From Candidatus Dojkabacteria bacterium (GTDB taxonomy: Bacteria > Patescibacteriota > Dojkabacteria > B142 > WJKM01): 64,000 nt of DNA. The translations under genes and the position numbers were made by a program. Positions 1-8,420 of the stretch are shown piece after piece. How positions within the stretch are numbered: the stretch's first letter is position 1; each line of letters begins with the position of its first letter. Under the pieces are notes generated by a model. That model made no database searches. It saw only the letters and a program-made list of their open reading frames with translations, and had not been told where the DNA came from. The DNA lies in the NCBI GenBank assembly GCA_014729085.1, contig WJKM01000011.1:234852-298851 (forward strand). Direction: 5' to 3'.

Positions 1-1037
1 AGGATCAACTGAGTAATAGAATAAGTAGCGTAGTTAATACCTTTGATAGAGAAGATGAAAAGACAGAATTATTTGAGCAAGTAGAGTCATCTAAAACAGA
101 ACTGAGCAAGGTCGATGTCTTTGAGGAGAGGAGAGATCAACTTCTTGGGCAATTAAATGAATTGGCCGACAAAATCAATAGAAGAGTAAGAATTACAGAT
201 CCCCAAATTATTAAAGATTTTGGTGTTATAGAAGGAACTGTCCCTTCGGATATTGATATTTATAATGAAAGATTATACGTAAGCGACAAAGGTAATGGAA
301 TTATCTACTCAATTGATTTACAAGGTGGCGATATGCAAAGAATTGCAGATGATTTGCAAAGCCCAAGTACAATATCTGCCTCTACATTAAACGAATTAAT
401 TTTTGTTGTTCAAAATAATGAAAGGGCTTTAGGAAAGGTGAATTTAGAAGGAAACATAGTTACGTTATTTCCAGGTATTACTCAAGAAAGGCTTGGTAAT
501 GTGACTGAAATAGATGCTTATGAAGTTGTTCCGGGAGATAATAGAGTATATGGTGTAAGAGAAGATAAAAAGGAGGTTATTCAGACGAAAAGAAGTACTG
601 ATAGCTATGGTTTGCCAAATGTACGTTTGAAGGAGGAAGACTTTTCAGATTTATTGGATATTGATATCTATGCAGGAAAGATATATGTGATTTCAAAAGG
701 TCAGGGTGTGAGAAGATTTTACGGAGACGAGATGGAGACTTCGGTGAGAGGGATTATTAATCAAGATAATTGGAATAACGCCTCATGCATTTACGTTGAT
801 AAAAAATATCTTTATGTTGGGGATAATGAACAAGACAGAGTAATGATTTTTAATCAAAGTCGCGGAAATGATGTTACTATTATTGATTTTTTGCTGCAGT
901 ACGACCTTTCCCAGATTTTGGGAGGTAGTGATATAATCGACATTGTTGCTGATTTAGAAAGTAATAGTTTATTTGTTCTGGCCGGACCAAAATTATTTAA
1001 GATAGATTTATCCGAAGTACAAAACTTCGACTATTAG
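1..1037 (+). CDS. Beta-propeller (NHL/YVTN-like) repeat protein, 5' end outside window
   Basis: ORF 162..1037 has no in-frame stop upstream back to base 3, so the gene is truncated by the window edge. Repeated motifs of the type G(K/N)IYV(S/G)D..(G/Q)...(I/V)(Y/F) (ERLYVSDKGNGIIYSIDL, GKIYVISKG, KYLYVGDNEQDRVMIFN) are typical of NHL/beta-propeller blades. Confidence 0.5.
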   Translation, partial: DQLSNRISSVVNTFDREDEKTELFEQVESSKTELSKVDVFEERRDQLLGQLNELADKINRRVRITDPQIIKDFGVIEGTVPSDIDIYNERLYVSDKGNGIIYSIDLQGGDMQRIADDLQSPSTISASTLNELIFVVQNNERALGKVNLEGNIVTLFPGITQERLGNVTEIDAYEVVPGDNRVYGVREDKKEVIQTKRSTDSYGLPNVRLKEEDFSDLLDIDIYAGKIYVISKGQGVRRFYGDEMETSVRGIINQDNWNNASCIYVDKKYLYVGDNEQDRVMIFNQSRGNDVTIIDFLLQYDLSQILGGSDIIDIVADLESNSLFVLAGPKLFKIDLSEVQNFDY

Positions 1038-1083
1038 AATTTGGAATATCAGTAACAATATATAAGAAACGAAGATAGAAGTT

Positions 1084-1536
1084 ATGAAAATTTTGGGAAA
1101 AAATAAAAAGGCATTTCGCGATTATGAAATCATAAAGAGATTTGAGGCGGGTATGGTTTTGGAGGGTTGGGAAGTTAAATCCATTAAGAGCCGAAATTTT
1201 AGTTTAAAAGAAAGTCATGTGTCACAACGACACGGAGAGATGTGGATTTATGGTATGCATGTTTCATCATGGAAATTTGGTGGAAGTTTAGAAGAAATGG
1301 ATGAACAACGTCCCAAAAAATTATTGTTACACAAAAAAGAGATTGAATACTTGATTGGGAGTGAGCAACGAAAGGGCCTGACTATTATACCTTTAAGTGT
1401 TTATTTGGAAAGAGGCTTTATTAAAATTGAAATTGCTCTAGCTAAAGGGAAGAAGCAGTATGATAAAAGGAAAAAGATTAAAGAAAGGGATCAAAAAAGG
1501 CGAATAGAAAGGGATTTAAAGAGTTTGGGGTATTAG
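1084..1536 (+). CDS. smpB: SsrA-binding protein SmpB
   Basis: 150 aa. The N-terminus KKAFRDYEIIKRFEAGMVLEGWEVKSIKS matches the SmpB signature (NKKA.HDYEI.E..EAGI.L.G.EVKS.R). The basic C-tail is as in SmpB. Confidence 0.85.
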   Translation: MKILGKNKKAFRDYEIIKRFEAGMVLEGWEVKSIKSRNFSLKESHVSQRHGEMWIYGMHVSSWKFGGSLEEMDEQRPKKLLLHKKEIEYLIGSEQRKGLTIIPLSVYLERGFIKIEIALAKGKKQYDKRKKIKERDQKRRIERDLKSLGY

Positions 1537-1684
1537 TGTTGTTATGAATGCGAAAATCTATCCTCATGATATAATAATGAGGTTATTTGATAATATAATA
1601 AAAGCTTTACTAATTATAATTAGGGGTTTTTAAAGTGAATACTTTAAAAGTTTCTAAGATTTCAAATCATTTTTTTATCTAGAC

Positions 1685-2113
1685 ATGACACAAGATCCAA
1701 ATCAAACATCCGCAGTTGACGATGATGCAAAGAAAAGTGAAGAGCAAGGAGGAAAGAGCGCAAGCGTAGGAGGTCCGGAAGGACAGCCAATATCGGTCGA
1801 AAGAAGTCCTCAAGCACAAGCAGAAGTAGGGGAGGTTCTCAAACAGATTGAATCGACAGCAGAAAAACAAGCTGAGGCAATAGTACAGAAGGAAAAAAAG
1901 GCTCAAAAGAAGGCTTCGAAGAAACAAAAAGTTAAGGCTAAAAGGAAATCAAAAAAAATTGAAGGTCCAAAGGTATATGGATATAAGATACCTTCGAAGA
2001 TTTCGAACAATCTACATAGAATTTCCAAAATGAAAGGAAAGGGAGATCCAAAAACCGGACTTGCTTGCCTATACGTATTCTTAGATAGGCTTCTCAGAAT
2101 GAATAGATCATAA
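1685..2113 (+). CDS. Hypothetical Lys/Ala/Gln-rich basic protein
   Basis: 142-aa ORF. Its composition (KKAQKKASKKQKVKAKRKSKK) is protein-like. The antisense ORF 1679..1927 looks like a low-complexity artefact. No recognisable domain. Confidence 0.3.
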   Translation: MTQDPNQTSAVDDDAKKSEEQGGKSASVGGPEGQPISVERSPQAQAEVGEVLKQIESTAEKQAEAIVQKEKKAQKKASKKQKVKAKRKSKKIEGPKVYGYKIPSKISNNLHRISKMKGKGDPKTGLACLYVFLDRLLRMNRS

Positions 2114-2349
2114 AGTTATTATTCTCCTTATGCAGAAAATACACGTTTTTTGGTGAAGAATGAATACTAAGTTTCTGCTTCAGAGGATTCCGCATCGAAA
2201 CCATGGGTTGTAGCTCGCAATATTTTATTCTCCACAATTTTCTGAATGTACAGTTAATTATCCCTCTTTGATACTACTTCATGATAGTGTATCATTATAG
2301 AGTATACATTATTTAGATTCTCGTTCGACAATTTGAGAAAGATAGTTGA

Positions 2350-4890
2350 TTGGTTTATTTTTACAATAGCATGTTTCAATTTCGACAATTTTTAAACTTA
2401 GGCTTTATTTTTTCCAGCCAGGCTGCTACCAGAATCGTTAGAAGTTCAGGTGGCTCCAGAGGCGTTGATATTATGGAGCTTGTTGAGGAGGAACCAATGC
2501 TTTTGCTATTTTCAATCATAGGTTTTGCAGTAGGTCTTCTGGTTATCAGGCTTCTTTTCAAATTATTTGCTAAAGGTGTAAAAAATGCATCATTAGAAAA
2601 AAAATCGCTTAATTCTGTTTTATTTGAGATTAGGCTTCCTCAAAGTAATGAGATAGAAATTCAAGCTGCAGATCAAATGTTGTCAGGCTTTTTAGGAATC
2701 AAAAGAGAGGTTGGACTTATGGATAAGCTTTTTGGAGCGGGATATTATATTAGTTTTGAAATAGTTGCTTTTCCGGAATCAATAAGATTCTATGTTAACT
2801 GCCCAAAACAGATTTCTACTTTGGTAGAAAAACAGATTAATGGTGCTTATCCCGATGCAGAAATCATAGTAACCGAAGAATATAATATGTTTATGCCTAA
2901 ACAGAAGGTGGAATTTTGTAGCTTAGAACTTGAAGAAAAAGAATCTCAGCCAATTCGAACTTACGAAGAACTACCTCAGGATGTTTTAAGCAGTATTACA
3001 GCAGTTATGAGTAAACTTCAAGCGGGTCAGGCAATGGCAGTACAGCTTGTAATCGTACCGCCGGGACATTCATGGCGAAAGGATGCTAAGAAATATGTCA
3101 AAAAAGTAAGAGATAATAATTCAGACCCAGAAAAATCCAAGATCGAAGTTGATGAGGACACCCTTACAGCGATTGAAAAAAAGGCAGAGAAAGCAGGCTT
3201 TGCTACAGATATTAGATTAGTTAGTGTTGCAAAGGAAGAACAAATAGCTAAAACAAACCTTGATAATTTAGTATATGTTTTTGATCAATTCAGTAAACAG
3301 GGGGCAAACAAATTTAAGAAGGTAAAATATAAATTTAGCAAAAGAAATCAGCGCAAATTCATCAAAAAGTTCATTTATAGAATGCCTACCGAAACAATGG
3401 TATTGAATACAGCTGAGATTGCCTCCATCTATCATTTCCCAAATCAGAATGTCAATACACCCCATATACATTGGCTAACAGCAAAGAGGGCACCTGCATC
3501 AGGAGAAATTCCAAGTACTTTCGAACCTGGATCTATTTATTTGGGTATTAATCAATATAGAGGTTTAAAAAAGAAAATTTATCTTTCACTAAAAGATAGA
3601 AGAAGACATTTCTACTATGTTGGTAAAACTGGTGCTGGGAAAACTGTTCTACTACAGCATATGATATATCAAGATATTCATAATGGACAGGGGCTAGCTT
3701 TTCTTGACCCCCACGGAGACGCAGTTGAGTGGTTGCTTGAGAGAATACCCCCAGAACGAGCGGAAGATGTAATATACTTCAATCCTGCAGATGTAGATAG
3801 GCCTATTGGTATGAATATCATGGAGTGGTATACGGAACAAGATAAGCATATAATTGTAAATGGATTCCTTGGATTGTTAAGCAAAATTTTTGACCCTCAT
3901 AATCAGGGAATAACCGGACCGAGATTTGAACAGGCAGTTAGAAACAGCATGTTGACTGTAATGTCTAGGAAGGGGACAAGCTTAGTTGAGGTTATGAGAG
4001 TACTACAAAATGACGAATATGCAAAATCTTATTTTCCTTACTTAGATGATGAAGTTGTAAAAAGATACTGGACTGATCAAATTGCAAAAACTCAGGATTT
4101 CCACAAATCGGAAATTCTGGGATATATTGTTTCTAAGTTTGATCGTTTTATTACAAATAAATTAATGAGAAATATAATTTCTCAGAGTTCGTCGGGTTTC
4201 GATTTTAGGAAAGCTATGGACGAAGGAAAAATTGTATTAGTTAATTTATCAAAAGGATTAATTGGGGAGGAAAACTCACAATTTTTAGGTCTGTTGCTTA
4301 TACCAAAAATGCTTCAGGCTGCTATGAGCAGGGCAGATGTACCTCAAGATCAAAGGCGTGATTTCTATCTGTATGTTGACGAGTTTCAGAATTTTGCAAC
4401 ACCAGACTTTGCGCAGATTTTATCTGAGGCTAGAAAGTATAGGTTAAACTTGGTAGTTGCGAATCAGTATATTGCACAGATGAGCGACGAAATTAGAGAT
4501 GCAGTTTTTGGTAATGCGGGTTCAATAGGAAGTTTCAAGGTTGGTGTTAATGATGCCCAATATTTGGCCAACGAATTCGACCCTGTATTTGATCAAAATG
4601 ATTTAATCAACCTAGAAAATCTCAATATGTATGTTAAGTTGCTTTCGAAAGGAGAATATCACAAGCCTTTTTCAATGGCATTGGATACAGATCTTGTATT
4701 TAAGACTCCTGGCGATAAACAAATGGGTGATCTAGTTAAGCAGCTTTCGAGATTTAAATACGGACGTGACAAAAATCTTGTAGAGGCAGAAATTAAGGCT
4801 CGAGAAGAAGGGAGTATTTCCGGAGTCGACCCTTCAAATAATGTAACCCCTAAACCTACACAGCCAACTTTTAAACCACCATTAAAATAA
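2350..4890 (+). CDS. Type IV secretion coupling-protein-like ATPase (VirD4/TraG/TraD family)
   Basis: N-terminal TM helix (LLLFSIIGFAVGLLVIRLLF); Walker A YYVGKTGAGKT; T4CP hallmark FLDPHGD; Walker B LYVDEFQNF followed by a TraG-D_C-like region. The real start is possibly the internal Met at 2473. Confidence 0.55.
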   Translation: MVYFYNSMFQFRQFLNLGFIFSSQAATRIVRSSGGSRGVDIMELVEEEPMLLLFSIIGFAVGLLVIRLLFKLFAKGVKNASLEKKSLNSVLFEIRLPQSNEIEIQAADQMLSGFLGIKREVGLMDKLFGAGYYISFEIVAFPESIRFYVNCPKQISTLVEKQINGAYPDAEIIVTEEYNMFMPKQKVEFCSLELEEKESQPIRTYEELPQDVLSSITAVMSKLQAGQAMAVQLVIVPPGHSWRKDAKKYVKKVRDNNSDPEKSKIEVDEDTLTAIEKKAEKAGFATDIRLVSVAKEEQIAKTNLDNLVYVFDQFSKQGANKFKKVKYKFSKRNQRKFIKKFIYRMPTETMVLNTAEIASIYHFPNQNVNTPHIHWLTAKRAPASGEIPSTFEPGSIYLGINQYRGLKKKIYLSLKDRRRHFYYVGKTGAGKTVLLQHMIYQDIHNGQGLAFLDPHGDAVEWLLERIPPERAEDVIYFNPADVDRPIGMNIMEWYTEQDKHIIVNGFLGLLSKIFDPHNQGITGPRFEQAVRNSMLTVMSRKGTSLVEVMRVLQNDEYAKSYFPYLDDEVVKRYWTDQIAKTQDFHKSEILGYIVSKFDRFITNKLMRNIISQSSSGFDFRKAMDEGKIVLVNLSKGLIGEENSQFLGLLLIPKMLQAAMSRADVPQDQRRDFYLYVDEFQNFATPDFAQILSEARKYRLNLVVANQYIAQMSDEIRDAVFGNAGSIGSFKVGVNDAQYLANEFDPVFDQNDLINLENLNMYVKLLSKGEYHKPFSMALDTDLVFKTPGDKQMGDLVKQLSRFKYGRDKNLVEAEIKAREEGSISGVDPSNNVTPKPTQPTFKPPLK

Positions 4891-4900
4891 GAAAGGAAAA

Positions 4901-4973
4901 TGCTCCAGGGTGGAATTGAACCACCGACCCCCGCTTTATAAGAACGGTGCTCTAACCCCTGAGCTACTGGAGC
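4901..4973 (-). tRNA. tRNA with anticodon UAU (tRNA-Ile, AUA-decoding type)
   Basis: 73-nt cloverleaf read on the minus strand: acceptor GCTCCAG/CTGGAGC, D stem GCTC/GAGC, anticodon stem CCGTT/AGCGG with loop CTTATAA (anticodon TAT), T stem GGTGG/CCACC, T loop TTCAATT. CCA is not encoded. Confidence 0.7.
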
Positions 4974-5143
4974 AGGTTTACGAAAATTTATTTGCTTACC
5001 TTGAAGTGAAAGTCACTTACTTATAAGTTCGTACCTGAAATTATAAATCTTGACAACGATCCAGTCAATTATAAATAGATATATTTGAAATGGATATATA
5101 ATTTAAGAAAGTAGCAAGGGGCAGCTCCTTGTTATTTCAATTT

Positions 5144-6022
5144 CTATAGAGGGATAACTTTTGCTGATTTCTTTTTCTTACGATCTTCTATAAGATTCAA
5201 GTATTTTTCCGTACTTGTAAGTCTTTGGTGGCCTACAATTTCTGCTACTCTTTCGATAGGTATTCCTCTTTCAAGTTGATAAACTATAAATGTGTTTCGT
5301 ATGTCATTAACTGTTGCATCTTCAATACCTGATTTTTCAAAAGCGTTGTTTATCATGGTTCTGATATTACGTACAAGCACCTGTCTGCCGGTTTTGGTTA
5401 TAAAAAGGTAACCTTGATCTTTTTCGGTATTTGGACGAACTTTCAAATATTCCTGAATTGCCTCCACAGCATTTTTATTAAGAGGGATCACTCTCTCTGG
5501 ATTACTTGCGTAAGCTTGAATCTTGGCTGTTGCGGGAGAGGATTCAAGGTCAACATTATCACGTTTGAGTCTTGAAAGTTCTCCTATTCTCATACCTGTT
5601 TGTAATAGTATTTCTATCATTGCATAAAGTCTTTCGTTGTTTCTTGCGGTATCTCTTAATGCTTTATATTCAAGACTGGAAAGAATTCTTGGGTCTTTCG
5701 GTTTGAAAGTGGGATGAGAAATTGGATGTGCAACGTCGGACTCAATATAGTTTTCTCGATGAAGGAATTTAAACAAAGTTTTATAACTATTTATTTTTCT
5801 GGAGACAGTTTTAAGAGTAAATTTTTTTTCTTTGATAAGATGCTCTATCCAAACTTTTATGTGCTTTGTTTTATAATCTGAGACCTTAGAATGCTCATCC
5901 TTATAAAAATCAAATAATTGTTCAATATCTTTTTTGTAGGCAATTATGGTGGAAGGTGATCTATCTTTTTCTTTCAGGTTATCAATGAATTTTTCAAGAG
6001 CCTCTGAATGTGTTAGTGTCAT
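5144..6022 (-). CDS. Tyrosine recombinase / phage-type integrase
   Basis: N-terminal SAM-like core-binding domain. Catalytic region carries an R box (GMRIGELSRLKRDNV), HxxR (VGHQRLTSTEKY) and the terminal Tyr (KYLNL). Confidence 0.8.
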   Translation of the reverse strand: MTLTHSEALEKFIDNLKEKDRSPSTIIAYKKDIEQLFDFYKDEHSKVSDYKTKHIKVWIEHLIKEKKFTLKTVSRKINSYKTLFKFLHRENYIESDVAHPISHPTFKPKDPRILSSLEYKALRDTARNNERLYAMIEILLQTGMRIGELSRLKRDNVDLESSPATAKIQAYASNPERVIPLNKNAVEAIQEYLKVRPNTEKDQGYLFITKTGRQVLVRNIRTMINNAFEKSGIEDATVNDIRNTFIVYQLERGIPIERVAEIVGHQRLTSTEKYLNLIEDRKKKKSAKVIPL

Positions 6023-6244
6023 AGTAGTATATAACTTAAAATAATATTTTGCGTAGTTTAGATTAATCTACATTGCTTTACGATTGTGAATGAACTAGAA
6101 ACTACGCTTTTCGTGAGGCAGAATTTTGCAATATAATTAAAAATATGAGTTAATAGTGTAATTTTATCATTTAAATTTGAAAAATTCAATACTAGGGGAT
6201 ATAATAAGTATAATAAAAATTTGCATTATTAACTATTTTTTCAA

Positions 6245-6682
6245 ATGTTTGTTCCGAAGTTTAAATACAAGATCAGAAAAGTTCTAAATTTAATCAATAA
6301 TTTTCAATCCCATCTTCACTTTAATATTTCTTGGCGGTTAGTTGCGCTTATTGTTACTGCGGGATTTATAACTACTCTTTTATTGACGAATATATATTCA
6401 AGTATCAAGGACATAGAAAAATACCGAATTTTGAACCAAGAGAGACGAAAATTAGATTCATTGAAGGAAGAAAATTACGATTTAATTCAGAAACGAGATT
6501 TTTACAATTCGAAATATTATCAAAGATTATACTCAAGAGAAGCCTTAAATATGGCAGAACCAGATCAGGAAATTTTTTATATAGAGAGGAGAAACATTTA
6601 CGACTATGACAAAATGACAGATATAGGAGAAAAAATAGACTTGCAAAATTTCAAGATGTGGTGGATACGATTGATTTTATAG
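6245..6682 (+). CDS. Septum formation initiator family protein (FtsB/DivIC-like)
   Basis: Single TM helix (LVALIVTAGFITTLLL) followed by a coiled coil (RRKLDSLKEENYDLIQKR) and a C-terminal ..AR..L.M..P.E..F-type motif (SREALNMAEPDQEIFYIE). Confidence 0.45.
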   Translation: MFVPKFKYKIRKVLNLINNFQSHLHFNISWRLVALIVTAGFITTLLLTNIYSSIKDIEKYRILNQERRKLDSLKEENYDLIQKRDFYNSKYYQRLYSREALNMAEPDQEIFYIERRNIYDYDKMTDIGEKIDLQNFKMWWIRLIL

Positions 6683-6728
6683 GGTGTTTCTGCTAATATA
6701 TATATATTCTTCTCGATAATATTGTTAA

Positions 6729-6803
<75 letters not shown>

Positions 6804-7044
6804 GTTTTGGGAAATCTTCAGATGAAATACTTCATATATTGTTTATTATTACGGAAATTGGAAATTTTTTAAATTTACATTTTTCCGTACAAGCTGCCGA
6901 AATCCCGTTTTACGGGATAAAGGCAAATAATTCCGAGCACAGCGAGAATTATGTGCACATCCAAGAGAAATCCAAAGTTTCACTATTACGGTTATACAGG
7001 AAATCTTGAGCAGAGATTGAGGTATCACAATAGAGGAAAGGTGC
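6804..7044 (+). repeat. Direct repeat copy 1 (241 bp) immediately 3' of tRNA-Met; contains the 5' region of the GIY-YIG gene
   Basis: Near-identical (a few substitutions) to 7292..7532 when read directly from the sequence. Confidence 0.85.
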
Positions 7045-7313
7045 GAACCACAAATAGATTTAAACCTGTTGAATTGTTAGGTTACCGTGAATTTGAAACA
7101 AAGGAAGAAGCATTAGAGTTTGAGAAGAAATTAAAAAAGAGTGCAAGTGCAAGAAAGAAATTTATTAAAGAATTAAATGAGAATCGTCAGGCAGGTAACC
7201 TGAAGGTCGCGTGCCTGACAACCGTAGGTGGCAGGTACGTTCGAATCGCCGTGCCTGACATGAGTCATTCAGGCAGGTACTCCCGCAACCAGTTTTGGGA
7301 AATCTTCAGATGA
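6951..7313 (+). CDS. GIY-YIG nuclease-family protein (YhbQ/UPF0213-like), apparently frameshifted or 5'-truncated, with its 3' end running into tRNA-derived sequence
   Basis: HYYGYTGNLEQRLRYHNRGK...TNRFKPVELLGYREFETKEEALEFEKKLKKSASARKKFIKEL matches the YIGxTxNLxxRLxxHN core and tail of the small GIY-YIG family. The expected first strand (YVHIQ..., cf. YVYIL) lies in another frame just upstream (6947..6961). The last ~30 codons are encoded by the degenerate tRNA copy. Confidence 0.5.
   Translation: MCTSKRNPKFHYYGYTGNLEQRLRYHNRGKVRTTNRFKPVELLGYREFETKEEALEFEKKLKKSASARKKFIKELNENRQAGNLKVACLTTVGGRYVRIAVPDMSHSGRYSRNQFWEIFR
7196..7291 (+). pseudogene. Degenerate copy of the tRNA-Met 3' half (anticodon loop to CCA) carrying two inserted hairpin blocks
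   Basis: TAACCTGAAGGTCG + [26-nt insert] + TACGTTCGAATCG + [29-nt insert] + TACTCCCGCAACCA. The outer segments are identical to tRNA positions ~36-76. Both inserts begin C(C)GTGCCTGACA and end GGCAGG. Confidence 0.7.
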
Positions 7314-7532
7314 AATACTTCATATATTGTTTATTATTACGGAAATTGAAAATTTTTTAAATTTACATTTTTCCGTACAAGCTGCCGAAATCCCGTTTTA
7401 CGGGATAAAGGCAAATAATTCCGAGCACAGCGAGAGTTATGTGCACATCCAAGAGAAATCCAATGTTTCACTATTACGGTTATACGGGAAATCTTGAGCA
7501 GAGATTGAGATATCACAATAGAGGAAAGGTGC
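7292..7532 (+). repeat. Direct repeat copy 2 (241 bp)
   Basis: Same sequence as 6804..7044, offset 488 bp. Diverges after GGAAAGGTGC. Confidence 0.85.
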
Positions 7533-7549
7533 ATATAAGTTTCTTCTAA
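7439..7549 (+). pseudogene. Truncated second copy of the GIY-YIG gene (36 codons)
   Basis: MCTSKRNPMFHYYGYTGNLEQRLRYHNRGKVHISFF then stop. It is the copy-2 equivalent of 6951.., cut off where the repeat ends. Confidence 0.5.
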
Positions 7550-7672
7550 CACGGAGTCTAATGGCTTTCCCTATTGAGTAATTAGTATTGAGAGATTGAT
7601 TAGGTAAAAGGTTATTTCCAAACTTTTTAGTATTCTATAGAGTTCTTTTCCTACAACTAAAACTAAAGCCTT

Positions 7673-8038
7673 TTATTTATAAAGGTTATAGCTTTTCAGA
7701 GTGTTTATTATTTCGGTTTCTAATTCATAGTAAGTTGCATTTACTATTTGAGGAAATGGTATGACTAGTGCTTCAAAGTTATCTTTTAATTTTGGAAGTG
7801 TAAGTCGGATGATTTCTCTAAGCAGTCTTTTCACTCTATTCCGTTCTACAGCATTTCCAATCTTTTTTGATAGAACGAAACCAAAACGCGGGTATGTACG
7901 CTCAGGATATATAACTCTTTCTTTAGAATTAACATATCTGAGGTAGATTTGAAGATTTTGGGAATTGAGACTTTTATGCTCTTTGTAAATAAGGTCAAAC
8001 TCTTTTTGTTTTCTTATTCTATATGATTTGGGTAGCAT
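7673..8038 (-). CDS. rnpA: Ribonuclease P protein component
   Basis: 121 aa with RFGFVLSKKIGNAVERNRVKRLLRE, the RnpA signature. It sits immediately downstream of rpmH, the conserved arrangement. Confidence 0.8.
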   Translation of the reverse strand: MLPKSYRIRKQKEFDLIYKEHKSLNSQNLQIYLRYVNSKERVIYPERTYPRFGFVLSKKIGNAVERNRVKRLLREIIRLTLPKLKDNFEALVIPFPQIVNATYYELETEIINTLKSYNLYK

Positions 8039-8071
8039 ATTATCGGAGTTTGAAAGTAGACTTTTGCTATC

Positions 8072-8257
8072 TTATCTCCTACGACTGATTCTTTTATTCT
8101 TATCTCTTCTCACGTCGTCGGAGGTACTAAGCTTTGATCTTCCCTTTTTTCTTCTTCTTTTAAGAACCCTTTTCCCGCCAGAAGTTTTTTTTCTAGCACG
8201 ATACCCCAGCTTTCTAGCCCTTCTTTTTTTTGATGGTTGATATGTCCTCTTTGGCAT
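8072..8257 (-). CDS. rpmH: 50S ribosomal protein L34 with a C-terminal extension
   Basis: [43 protein letters not shown] aligns with bacterial L34 (MKRTFQPS..KR.R.HGFRAR..T..GR.VL.RRR.KGR..L). There are about 15 extra basic residues at the C-terminus. Confidence 0.85.
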   Translation of the reverse strand: MPKRTYQPSKKRRARKLGYRARKKTSGGKRVLKRRRKKGRSKLSTSDDVRRDKNKRISRRR

Positions 8258-8420
8258 GATTTATTTTCTTTCCTAAATAATTAACGTATGTGATTTTAAC
8301 ATACAGACTACACTTTAAACAATTATATATTTATTACTCCTAGACATAGTAGCACTTAAATAATTAATATTAGTATAAAATAATATTAGAAAAAGTTAAT
8401 TTATTCGTAAATCTGAAGAA

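Noticed and set aside
1537-1684. Looked for an ssrA (tmRNA) gene next to smpB
   Set aside because: No GGGG...acceptor-like start, no tRNA-Ala-like 3' end or resume-codon region; only a small hairpin (CCTCAT...ATGAGG) that is probably the smpB terminator.
1679-1927. 82-aa minus-strand ORF (MFLRSLLLSLFFLLYY...)
   Set aside because: Low-complexity Leu/Phe/Cys-rich translation that is antisense to the more protein-like Lys-rich plus-strand ORF 1685..2113; typical antisense artefact.
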